From Hypanus sabinus (taxonomy: Eukaryota), in assembly GCF_030144855.1 (NCBI RefSeq), contig NW_026781301.1:1-64000 (forward strand): 64,000 bases of DNA. Reading direction: 5' to 3'. The translations under genes and the position numbers were made by a program. The first letter of the stretch is position 1, and each line of letters opens with the position of its first letter. Positions 34,197 to 45,199 of the stretch are shown in pieces. The notes beneath the pieces are model-generated. The model was not told the origin of the DNA. It saw only the letters and a program-made list of their open reading frames with translations, and did no database searches.

Positions 34197-34677
34197 ATTC
34201 ACTCATTCATTCCAGCGATGGTGGCCCCTCCAGCAAAATTCGAGATTGCTGAATTAGCTTACCATCTCTCAAATGTACTGTGGAACATAAAACACCGGAA
34301 GCAAGTGTATATTTCACAGAGGGTGCAGATGTAATTTACCAGAATACTGCCTGGATTGGAGGGCACTCACTGTGACGAGAGTTTGTGAGAGCTCGAAATT
34401 GCTTCTCTGGGAGTGAAGGTGCATGAGGGGTCACTAGATGGCAGTGTTTGAGAAGAGAAGAGACACAGATAACGTTTGCCGATCAGAGAAGTAACCGGGA
34501 CGCTGACAGCCCCGAAGCTGGAGAGAGAACGTCCGTTATTCACTCAGCCGGTGTTGCTGAATCGGTACCGGTTTAAGAGACCTGTCATCCAAATAGCGCG
34601 ACGTCAGAGGACAGGTATGAAAGCGAAGCTGACTCATATGTTTCAATGTTAATGACATGAAGAGACGAGACACTTAC

Positions 34678-34852
34678 CAGGGACAGCTACAATGGCGAGT
34701 AGAGGATAGTAAACCACTTTGACCGTCTCAAGCGCCGGAGGGATTTGAGTGCCCAACGGTACCATTTTAGGATTTTTATCCAGATATGGATACCCGCAGA
34801 AATTATTCCTTACAGATCCCGCAGCGTTCAGCGAAGCATTTTGCAGATACAT
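34678..34852 (-). CDS. GPR139-like GPCR copy 2, exon 1
   Basis: 175 nt, MYLQNAS...VVYYPLLAIVAVP + G|GTAAGT, in frame with 31797. Confidence 0.9.
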
Positions 34853-34973
34853 TGCTGGAATACTCCAGATTCTGCTGTTCCCGATGCAGCCTCTGTCCTC
34901 TCTACCTGGAGCCGCTGGTCTCCGATAGCGCAGAGTGACGGCTCAGATTGAGTCTGGTGTTGAGAGGGAGACA

Positions 34974-35020
34974 TATTAATAGAACAGGGAACCAGCAGCC
35001 ACACCTCCGCGGTGACGTCA
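34974..35020 (-). promoter_or_regulatory. GPCR promoter module: perfect CRE TGACGTCA (35013-35020) and TATTAATA (34974-34981)
   Basis: Spacing conserved across paralogs. Confidence 0.6.
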
Positions 35021-35379
35021 TCAATCCCCACGGACACTCCTTGCATTAAGTTCTAAGGAATGACAGGTGTAGTTAAGCATTTGCTTGCGGAAATTCAGAG
35101 AAGCGATACAAAAGCAGATTGTAAGTGTATCTAATAATCCCAGCAGTCGGCTCACCGCGGATGCGTGCCGTGTCTGTAAATTGGCACAAAATCGAGAAAC
35201 TTACTGACACACAGTTAGACATTTATATAGAAACAGATTGGAAAGGATGGTACACGTAGCAAATATAAAACAAACAAACAATGATGATATGAACAGATTA
35301 AAATGAATATTGCTTAGATAGTTCTTAAAATAGAGTTGCATAGGCTGATTGACAATGATATTCAGTTAGATTATTCCAA

Positions 35380-37110
35380 AATAATGATTTTAGGAAGAAA
35401 AGAGCTTCGAAGCAGCGGCCAATCTGGACATCGGGTGATTTCGGAGTCAGCACGGGCGTAAAAAGCGATAGCGGATCGTGACAGTGAAAAAGAGCTTTGA
35501 CCAGCGTCCAGGTGGTGTTTGCAATTGATCAGCAGGAGTAATACAGGGTCAAATGCAATAACCATCGCCTGAATGGACGGTCAAACAGGTAATCTTCAGA
35601 ATTCTGCTCACCGAGGCGTCATCTCAGGGAAACAACAGTCAAAGAAGCCAAAGAAAATAAAACAAACAAAAAAAAAAACACGTATAAGACTTCTTATCCT
35701 TCCCTGCTTTAAATCTGATCAGTTAGTATGAGATGCCAGGCAGGATAGTTGAATGCTCCTCTTGCGGGATCTGGGAAGACAGAAAGAACTCCGATAAACC
35801 TGACGACGACAGCTGCGAGAGCTGCATTCAGCTGGATCTGCTGACAATCCGCGTTGATGAGCTGAGGGTGGAACTGGACAAGCTCCAGATCATTTGGGAG
35901 GCTGAAGTGTGATGGAATAGATATATAGAGAGGGAGTTACAGCAAGGACGCAGGCAACAGGGAACTGTGTGACAGTCAGGAAGGAGAAATGGCTGAAGGG
36001 GCCACGGCAGAGTTGTTGAGTTCCCATGTGGCCATCTCCTGCAACATTTGGGATACCGTCGCTGAGTTTCGGGGGCGGGAAAATCACGTAACAGTGTTCA
36101 CTCACAGTGTTGGAAGCTCATGCACTTATTTTGCCTCTGTGACACGGAATAGAAGTTGGCGTTGACTGGTGTCCTTGTGTGTATGTTGGTGTGGTGGGCA
36201 GAATGAAAGTCACTCTGTGGTGATAGGATATTCGTTAGTGGTACGGACAGGTAGTTCTGTCGGCGACAACGTTAGCGATATTTCAGATCGTGTCCTCGGT
36301 ATTCTGAAATGGGTCTATGAGCAGCTAGAAATCGCTGGTCATTGAGTTACCAATGACATGGGGACTATGAGTGACGAAGTACTGTACTGGCAGTTCCGGC
36401 ATTTTAAAGTTAATTTAAATAGCAGGACCCTCCTGGATATGTTGCCCGTGCAACGGGATTATGAGGCCGGAAGCAGGGCGAATATACAGATTAATAGCTT
36501 GCTAATGAGTTGCTTTTATATCCAGTTTGTCTGGAAATGGATGCTAACATTGCATTTGGCTTCCCCACCATTCGGCACATTTCCATGTTGGGAATCTTCT
36601 CAAAAGGCTCTGCATCTCTGCTTGATTCAATGTTCTCCTCTTTGTTAATATAGTCCAGGCCTATAGAGATTATACAGTTTATGACATGGCGAAGGTGCTG
36701 TTTTTATATACCAGTCCTCTGAAAATGGTTTGGAACATGCATTCGGCTCCCTCACCTCTGATTCAATCTGCAGTTTTTCCTGTGTAATGGCAACTCTGAT
36801 TTTTCAATGCCAATGTTCTTCACATTTACGAAATACTCCACGCCTTTATTCCCACTGCCAAAGTGTAATACTCGGCACTTACCTGCATTATTTTCCTTCG
36901 TAATTCTTTGCCTCTTCTCCGCTCTGTCTAGTTCCTTTTGCAAGCAACATGCTTCCTCAACTCTACATGCCCTTCCATTTAACCTCACATGGTCCTCAAA
37001 CACTGTCACATAACAATCAGGTCCTTCATCCAAATTATTGACGTACAGCAGGAGAAGAAGCGGTCCCAACAACGTTAGCTCCGGAACTTTACTGATCACC
37101 GCCGTCCAAT
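35380..37110 (+). mobile_element. CR1 5' UTR/ORF1 remnant and adjacent CR1 fragments (part of the GPCR cassette 5' flank)
   Basis: MPGRIVECSSCGIWE-type start at about 35731. Paralogs at 43546, 58791 and 62110 (minus). Confidence 0.7.
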
Positions 37111-38406
37111 CAGTAAAGGACGTACGCATGTAAAGTTCATGGACAACTCCAGAAGGTCACAATCTTAACCAGTACGAGGATAATCTGAACGATTTTAGCG
37201 AATGAGAAATGAGCCTGACTGGCTAAGTCCGGAAATGAGGTTTCACAAACTGCTGCGAAACAGAAAAGGTTCAACTACTTACTGCCGATACACGTGTCAA
37301 GTCTCAGCAGCTTCTATGACTACCGAGCAGTAATAACAGATCGGACAATCCATAATAAACGTCCATATATCGTAACAGGCGAGAGACAAAGAACAGCAAC
37401 TTATTCAATGGATAAAGTCATTGCAAGCACACAAAACACACAGAAATCAATGCTTGAAAAACACTACAATATGCTGATTTAACACATACAGCTCATTATC
37501 TGTATATTATCTCACATACTGCTTATAATCTATACCTTCACAGTATGATCCGGGTCAGGTTTGACCCGCTCTAAGAATCCCCTAATAACAAGTGACTATA
37601 CCAAAGTTTGAACAACAGATCTTTTTAGAATATATGAATAGCCTATCTGACATTAATAAATGGGTGATTAATCCTTAATCAATTCTTCCGAGAGTAGGGA
37701 AAGTATATTTTTGTGAGAAAAAAAATGTTTATGGCGAAATAGCATCTACTACCACATAATAGCATGTCCTGTTTTAACTGAGACATGAACACATAACAGT
37801 GGTATGAGTAATGAGCAGACCGAATGGATAATGGGGTGCAGTTAACCAGTTCCCCGAACCCCCCTGAGAACTACGAACTATTGCTGTTGCTATGCTGCTC
37901 ATGAGAGAGAGATAAAGCCCAGTGAAAAACATTTGCTACAGATAAGAGGGGGAAAGAGAGACTGTTGATTTATTGTATTATGACTCTTCCTGGATTATTT
38001 ACCTTCCCCTATGGTACCTTGTAGACAGTAATTGGCTCGTTAATATTCCTCAGGAGATAGCAGGAGTGGCCTGATTTGATGGACACGGTCATTCAGAGTA
38101 GGTGGATAGCTGAGACCCCTTGGGTGGGGATAAAAAGACACGTCTGGAGATAAACCTTTCAGACACACCAGTGGACACTGATTGAGTGTTGGGAACGCAC
38201 AGAAAGGTTGGGGCTTCGAAGACCGAAACAGGAGATCGGTCAGTAAAGCTCACGGTGCTACAGAAGAGCCGGTGGGGACCTGTGCGTGTGTCCACATGCC
38301 AGAGTGACGAGTCCACCACAGAAAAACGGTCTTGCTCAAGACCAGAGGGGTCATAACTGAATGATCCCAACGATACGACGGATTAAGAAAGCAAAGGAAG
38401 GTTTGA

Positions 38407-38745
38407 NNNNNNNNNNNNNNNNNNNNNNNNNNNNNNNNNNNNNNNNNNNNNNNNNNNNNNNNNNNNNNNNNNNNNNNNNNNNNNNNNNNNNNNNNNNNNN
38501 NNNNNNNNNNNNNNNNNNNNNNNNNNNNNNNNNNNNNNNNNNNNNNNNNNNNNNNNNNNNNNNNNNNNNNNNNNNNNNNNNNNNNNNNNNNNNNNNNNNN
38601 NNNNNNNNNNNNNNNNNNNNNNNNNNNNNNNNNNNNNNNNNNNNNNNNNNNNNNNNNNNNNNNNNNNNNNNNNNNNNNNNNNNNNNNNNNNNNNNNNNNN
38701 NNNNNNNNNNNNNNNNNNNNNNNNNNNNNNNNNNNNNNNNNNNNN
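38407..38745. other. Assembly gap within the 5' LTR
   Basis: 339 N. Confidence 1.
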
Positions 38746-39963
38746 ACAACCATAACTAATTCAGCATTTATGAACTGAACTTTATACTTTTCTATGACAA
38801 TTCCTTTACCCCTAGACATCGACAGAGCTTGTTTATTATTGATTATTATTATTCCCACATATTTAGGTTTATTACCGCTAACTTCTCTTATATGTATGTT
38901 TTCATTTTTAATATTGTATTGTGTAGTGAACACCTTTAGTTTGGTACCACCACGCTCCAACGTATTCTTCTTTCTCTGCTAGTCAGTCACCCAGTTACGG
39001 GGTACGGAACAAATTGGGGACTGGTCCCGAGATTTGATTACCAAATTGGCGGCCAGTGAATCGCGATAAAAGACCCTCATCTGATCTGGTTGTGTGGATA
39101 ACCAGACGGGAAACCAGTAAAGATGGAAACTGACAAATCTATCAAAGACCCGACTTCGGGGGCATTAGAGGATGTCAAGAAGACGGAATTGGTGAGCGTT
39201 GCAAAACGATGAAATCTCTGGGCGGTGAAATCGTCGATGAGCAAGGCAGATGCACAGAGAGTAATACCTGTGTGTTCGCGACGGATTATTGGATCAGTTC
39301 CCTGAGAGAGAAAAAAACAGTCGATAGAGAGCTTCAAATACAGATAGGAAGATTAAGGTTGGTTGCGGAGAAGGAGGAAAGGGAGCATGAGCTGCAGATA
39401 CCCCGGATAAAGGAGATAGAAGCTGATAGGCAGATAAAAGAAGCTGCAAGGTAAATGGAAGAAGCTGATAGTCAGAGGGAGGACGGAGAGAAAGCGGGGC
39501 AGTTTGCGCTGGAAATGGAGTAGTTGTAGGTATCACAGGGAAGAGAACGGGCAGCAAACAGAAATGAGGGGTTCAAGATTGTTCAGGAGATCCAGTTCGT
39601 ACTCCATTCGAGGAGATGGATGTCGATAGGTTTTTCTTTCATTTTGAGAAAGTAGCTGTGAATCAGAACTGGCCTTAGAGCAAACGGGCTGTTCTGTTAC
39701 AGAGCGTACTTAGGGGGAAGGCTCAGCATGTGTATTCGGCTTTGTCTATAGATGATTCTAAGGATTACGAGGAAGTCAAAAGGGCTGTATTGATGAGTTA
39801 CGAGTTGGTGCAAGAGGCATACCGGCAAGAAGTTCGGAACATGAGAAAGCCGTGCAACCACACGTTTTAAGAATATGCCCGTGAGATGCAAATGAATTGT
39901 TAGCGTTGGTGCGACTCAAATGGTGTCGTTAGAGATTATGATAAACTATTACAGATAATACTG

Positions 39964-40590
39964 ATGGAGCAATTTAAAAGTTGTGCCCCTGAAAATATGA
40001 AGACGTACTTGGATGATCAGGAAACAGTGACTCTCTTTGCGACTGCCAAATTAGCAGAGGAATTAGCTTTAACCCACAAGACAAAGTTTTCCGCAAATAA
40101 GAGCTACCAGAAAGGCAGTAGGGACGGTAGAGAAAGCCCACCGACTAAGGCAGAGTATCGGCCGGGTGGTAGTGGAAAAGGGAAGGAGGAGGAAAAGCAG
40201 GCTGGCAGGAAGTTTCCTAGCTTTACCTGTTATAATTGTGGGAAAGCTGGTCATGTAGCATCTCAGTGCTTTGCTCCGAAGAAGGAGACAGGAAAAGGGA
40301 AAACGGCAGGCCCGACTGGTTGCATTGAGTCGGTCAACAGATCGATGAGGAAAGCAAAGGTAGATAGAGCACAAGAGAGGCGTGAGAAGTTTATCTCGGA
40401 AAGGACAGTTTCTGTGAAGGAAGGAGAAACCCCAGTTCCAGTGCAGATCGGGAGAGATACTGGAGCTGGACTGTCATTGATTTTAATGAAGATGTTAGAC
40501 GTCGGTCCTGAGACTGAGACTGGAAAGGTTACGAGGTATCGGGAAAGGGAGCGAGGCCGAACCTTTGCACAGGATGTGTCTGAAATGTGA
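39964..40590 (+). pseudogene. Gag/protease fragment of the Gypsy-like element
   Basis: 208-aa ORF with a CX2CX4HX4C knuckle and a DTG motif. Upstream gag frames are broken by stops. Confidence 0.8.
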
Positions 40591-42489
40591 CCTGGTATCT
40601 GGACCAGTCGAAATATGGGTGCGGTCGGAACTACGGATGGACGGTTGGACGTCCTACTTGGTATCGATCTGGCAGGTGGTGACGTGTAAGTGCTGAGCAC
40701 CCGCCAATAGATTCCAAGATTTATCCCGCATACACAATCAGCTTGGTCACAATATACGCCTCGGTGGACAGTTAGGAGTGAGGAAGGAGGTTATCGAGGC
40801 ACAGAGTAAAGATGAGAAACAGATGAGGCTTTTAAAAGGTCCCGGGTTGGACACGGATTTGTCAGAGCTGTTTTCAGGGAGCTTAGCAGAGGTAGATGTC
40901 CCGTTTGCTTGTGTTCAGGATGTGAAGGATGTGGACTCACAGGGTACTGAACCTTGTGAGGAAGCGCAGGAAAAGTCTAAGGTATGTAATGTAGTTGAAA
41001 AGGAATGCAGTTCTTTTGGGTCAGCTGGAATTGGTTCAGTTAAGAAACGGTTAACCGTGGCACCGGGAGAAAGTTAGAATTCTCAGTCACTTGTGTTAAA
41101 AGTTAGTGAGGAGATGAAGGCTGGTGAGATGAATATTATTGAAGGGAAAGAGAAAAGTATTGTCCCTAAACTTTTCAAGAAAGAAAATTTAAAGTCTGGA
41201 TTGATTTTCGAAGCCTTGACCATGCTGAAGGAACAGTGGGTTGTTAACAAGGTGCCTGTGAATCAATTACAGTTTGTTTTGGATTTGAAGATAAACAACT
41301 TGGTGATGTTGTTCAAGGATGTGATTTGGAGAGGCAGAACTTAAAGTGCTGATTTGACCAAGAGGGATCACCTGCAGATGTTAAACGAGAAACTAACATA
41401 AAGACAAAGAACATAAAGATCCTGAAGACAAAATGAATGACCAGCTTAAAATAATGCGTGGTGTGGAAGTTCAGAAAATGGGCTTAGTTTGGAAAACATA
41501 ACTGATAAGACGGATCCTGAGCAAGAATTATCTGAAGGCCTATTCCACACTGGTGAGCAAGCTAACCACGTGAGGGTTAACTGGAAAAGGGACAAAGGTT
41601 GAACAAATGCCACATTGAATAAAAGAATCTGGTTTTGTGGGAATTTGACTGTCTGAATGTAAAATAGAGATTAGTATTTGGACACTTTTCTGTAATGTAA
41701 CACATAATGATCATACGTGGATTTTTCATGCTTTGTAACATACACCTAATCTAATATCACGACCCTTTGGTATTTTGGCTACCATGAAAACTAAAAAATA
41801 GGAGGTTATTAAGTTGGAGTCTGTTGTTACAGGAATTCGCTATTAAAATACAACATGTACACGGGAGTGATTGCTGATTGTATATCTGGATGTAAATTTG
41901 AAAGAGTGCTTGTATTATTCTTTTAGTTAACGCACCTTCTGAATTATGTTAAGGTCTATAATTCAGTAATATGCTTTATTAGTTCATTTTCACCCAGTTG
42001 AAAGTTTCCAGGATTGGGGTGTTATGAGTGATGAACAGAGCTGGTGGACAATGGAGTGTAGAGTTAACCATCCACAGCTCCCCCCACCCACGAGAACTAC
42101 GAACTATTGCTGCTGTTATGCTGCCATGAGAGAGAGATAAAGCCCAGTCAACATCTGCTACAAATGAGAGGGGGAGAGAGACTGTTGATATACTGGATTA
42201 TGACTCTTGCTGGATTATTTACCTTCTACTACAAGGACAGTACTTGGCTCGTTAACATTCGTCAGGAGATAACAGGAGTGGCCTGATTTGATGGACACGG
42301 TCACTCAGAGTTGATGGATAGCTGAGATCCCGTGAGTAGGGAAAAAAGACAGATCTGCAGATAAAAGGTTCAGACACACCAGTGGACACTGATTGAGTTT
42401 TGGGAACCGACAGAAAGGTGGCGGGTTGAAGACGGAAACTGCAGATCGCTCAGTCAAGGATTAGGGGAACTTAGAATTTGAAAAAAATC

Positions 42490-42639
42490 AGGATAGTAAA
42501 CATTTCTGACGGTCTCAAGCGCCGGATGGATTTGAGTGTCCAACGTCACCATTTTAGCATTTTCATCCAGATTTCGATACCCCCTGAAAATATTCCTCAC
42601 AGATCCCGCAGCGTTCCACGAAACATTTTGCAGATACAT
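42490..42639 (-). pseudogene. GPR139-like GPCR copy 3, exon 1 only (donor and exon 2 lost)
   Basis: MYLQNVSW...VRNVYYP, after which homology ends and the sequence runs into the 3' LTR. 42490-43800 duplicates about 34700-35960. Confidence 0.85.
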
Positions 42640-44111
42640 TGCTGGAATACTCCAGATTCTGCTGTTCCCGATGCAGCCTCTGTCCTCTCTACCTGGAGCC
42701 GTTGGTCTCCGATAGCGCAGAGTGACGGCTCTGATTGAGACAGGCGTTGAGAGGGAGACATATTAATAGAACAGGGAGCCAGCAGCCCCACCTCCGCGGT
42801 GACGACATCAATCCCCACGGACACTCCCTTCATTAAGTTCTACAGAATGACAGGTGCAGTTACCCATTTGCTTACAGACACTCAGAGAAGCGATACAAAA
42901 GCAGATTGTAAGTGTATCTAATAATCCCAGTAGTCGGCTCTCCACGTATGCGTGCCGTTTCTGTAAATTGACACAAAATTGAGAAACTTATTGACACAGG
43001 GCTAAACATTGATATACAACAAATCTGGAAAGGAAGGTACGAGTAGTCAATCAAAAACAAGAAACAAAGTAACAAACAATGATGATATAAACAGATTGAA
43101 AATGAATATTGCTCAAATAGATCTTAAAAATAGTGTTGCATAGGTTGATTAACAATGATATCGAGTTAGACTATTCCAAAATAATGATTCTCGGTTAAAA
43201 AAGAGCTTCGAACCAGCGGCCAATCTGGACATCGGGTGATTTCGGAGTCAGCACGGGTATAAAAAGAGACAGCGGATCGTAACAGTGAAAAAGAGTTTTG
43301 ACCAGCGTCCAGGCGGCGTTTGCGGTTGATCAGCAGGAGTAATACAGGGTCAAATGCAGTAGCCATCGCCTGAATGGACGGTCAAACAGGTCATTTTCAG
43401 GATTCTGCACACCAAGGCGTCATCTCAGGGAAACTGCAGTCAAAGAAGGCAAATAAAAGGAAAAAAAAATAAAAAAAACAAAAGACACTTGACTGAGTCT
43501 TATTTTCCATCCCTTCTTCATTTCTGATCAGATAGGATAACAGAGATGCCAGGAAGGATAGTTGAATGCTCCTCCTGCGGGATCTGGGAAGCCATTGAGA
43601 ACTCGGATAAACCTGACGACGACAGCTGCGAGAGCTGCGTTCAGCTGGATCTGCTGACAATCCGCGTTGATGAGCTGGGGGTGGAACTGGACGAGCTGCA
43701 TATTATTCGGGAGGCTGAAGTGGTGATGGAAAAGACATTTAGAGAGAGGGAGTTACACCCAGGACGCAGGCAACAGGAAACTGTTTGACATTCATGAAGG
43801 AGAAATGGTTGAAGTGAAATTGTATTTTTTAGAGAAAAATCATCGTTTCTGGCAAAAATAAAGCATCTACTATCACACAATATGATGTCCTATTTTTCCT
43901 AAGATATGAATACGTAACAGCCAGAGTAACATAAATATATTTGCTGATTCTGAAAATGAAGAAAACATTTTGGAACTGTGTCGTTTATTGTACAACCATT
44001 TATAACCGTTACAACATTAAACAGTGTCATGAATGCTATATCATAAAATATCCTCATAACCACAATGTAATCATAAATATTAACTATTAATTATACATAA
44101 ACTAACATTTA

Positions 44112-44278
44112 NNNNNNNNNNNNNNNNNNNNNNNNNNNNNNNNNNNNNNNNNNNNNNNNNNNNNNNNNNNNNNNNNNNNNNNNNNNNNNNNNNNNNNNNN
44201 NNNNNNNNNNNNNNNNNNNNNNNNNNNNNNNNNNNNNNNNNNNNNNNNNNNNNNNNNNNNNNNNNNNNNNNNNNNNNN
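44112..44278. other. Assembly gap
   Basis: 167 N. Confidence 1.
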
Positions 44279-44368
44279 TCAAAGGAGTGGTCGGATACCT
44301 TGCCTGTGTGACCCTTGCATATGTGTTACCCACATTTGCAGCAAGTTGTCCCTGTTATACAGTCCTTT

Positions 44369-45145
44369 TTACCGAGCAGAAGTTGCATCTCCTTCTCTTC
44401 CGTCCCCTTGTGTTGGCTGCTTGTGGGACTTGCTGTTGATCAGGGCCAGGGTCAGATCTCGGCTCCGCCCTGACCCTGCTGCTGAGGCAACCGTTCGGGG
44501 AAGGTGGTGTCGCCTTTGCATAAAAGGAGTCTTACAAAAATCCTCCAGAAATAACCTCCTATTTTTCATCTTGCTTGCGCTCCAGGAAGGGGTCAGTTCA
44601 CTCTGTATGACAAAGGGGTTGTAGCTCGATATATCAATGATATTATGGAATATAACGAGAGGGAAGCGGGCTGTTTTTCGTTTGCAGCGGTGTGTCCCTG
44701 TTACTTTGTCAAGATTGTCCACTCCTCCTTTGTTGGTATTGTAGTCAAGGATGATGGCTGTTTTTCTGTCCTCCTGAGCGCGGACCTCTGCAACGTCATG
44801 TAACGTGCTCATAATGATGACATTCTTGTTCGACTTTTGCATTTACGAAAAAACTGTGGTGTCATTGGTGAAAGCAAACTTGGCAGACAAGACCTCTCTC
44901 CCCCATGTTGCAATCACAGCAGGTAACAGCTTAAGCTTCTTCCGCCTGACGGTGCACACCATTGTGATTTTCTTGTTCAGGAGCGACTGACAAAGCTCCT
45001 GAGATGTGAAGAAGTCGTCACAGGTCACATTGTGTCCTCTTAGCCTTTCTGTCATCTCGAAACCGACGCTCATGCATGCTTTTCCCTCCGTGGCTCCCCC
45101 AGCTGGCTTCCCATGACATATTTGCTTATTCCAAAAAACAAGAAA
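44369..45145 (-). mobile_element. piggyBac-family transposase fragment (PGBD4-like)
   Basis: GHNVTCDDFFTS...KKITMVCTVRRKK...FAFTNDTTVFS*MQKSNKNVIIMSTLH...ILDYNTNKGGVDNLDK. One in-frame TAA at 44843-44845, N-terminus absent. Confidence 0.88.
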
Positions 45146-45199
45146 TCTCTGCCTTAAATAAACACAAGGACACATATTATATGACTTAAAATTTGAGTT

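Larger units (their letters stand above)
37800..42460 (+). mobile_element. Gypsy-like LTR retroelement, pol-less and decayed
   Basis: 5' LTR about 37800-39011 (gap inside) and 3' LTR from TGTTATGAG at 42020, truncated at about 42460. tRNA-Pro-like PBS at 39014-39033, gag fragments with CCHC knuckle CYNCGKAGHVASQC, protease-like RDTGA, no RT or integrase recognised. Confidence 0.85.

Noticed and set aside
30803-34852. Calling the intact receptor GPR139 itself
   Set aside because: It is one of many tandem paralogs; orthology cannot be shown without a phylogeny.
40778-41344. ORFs in the Gypsy interior as pol or env
   Set aside because: No RT, RNase H, integrase or envelope motifs were recognisable.
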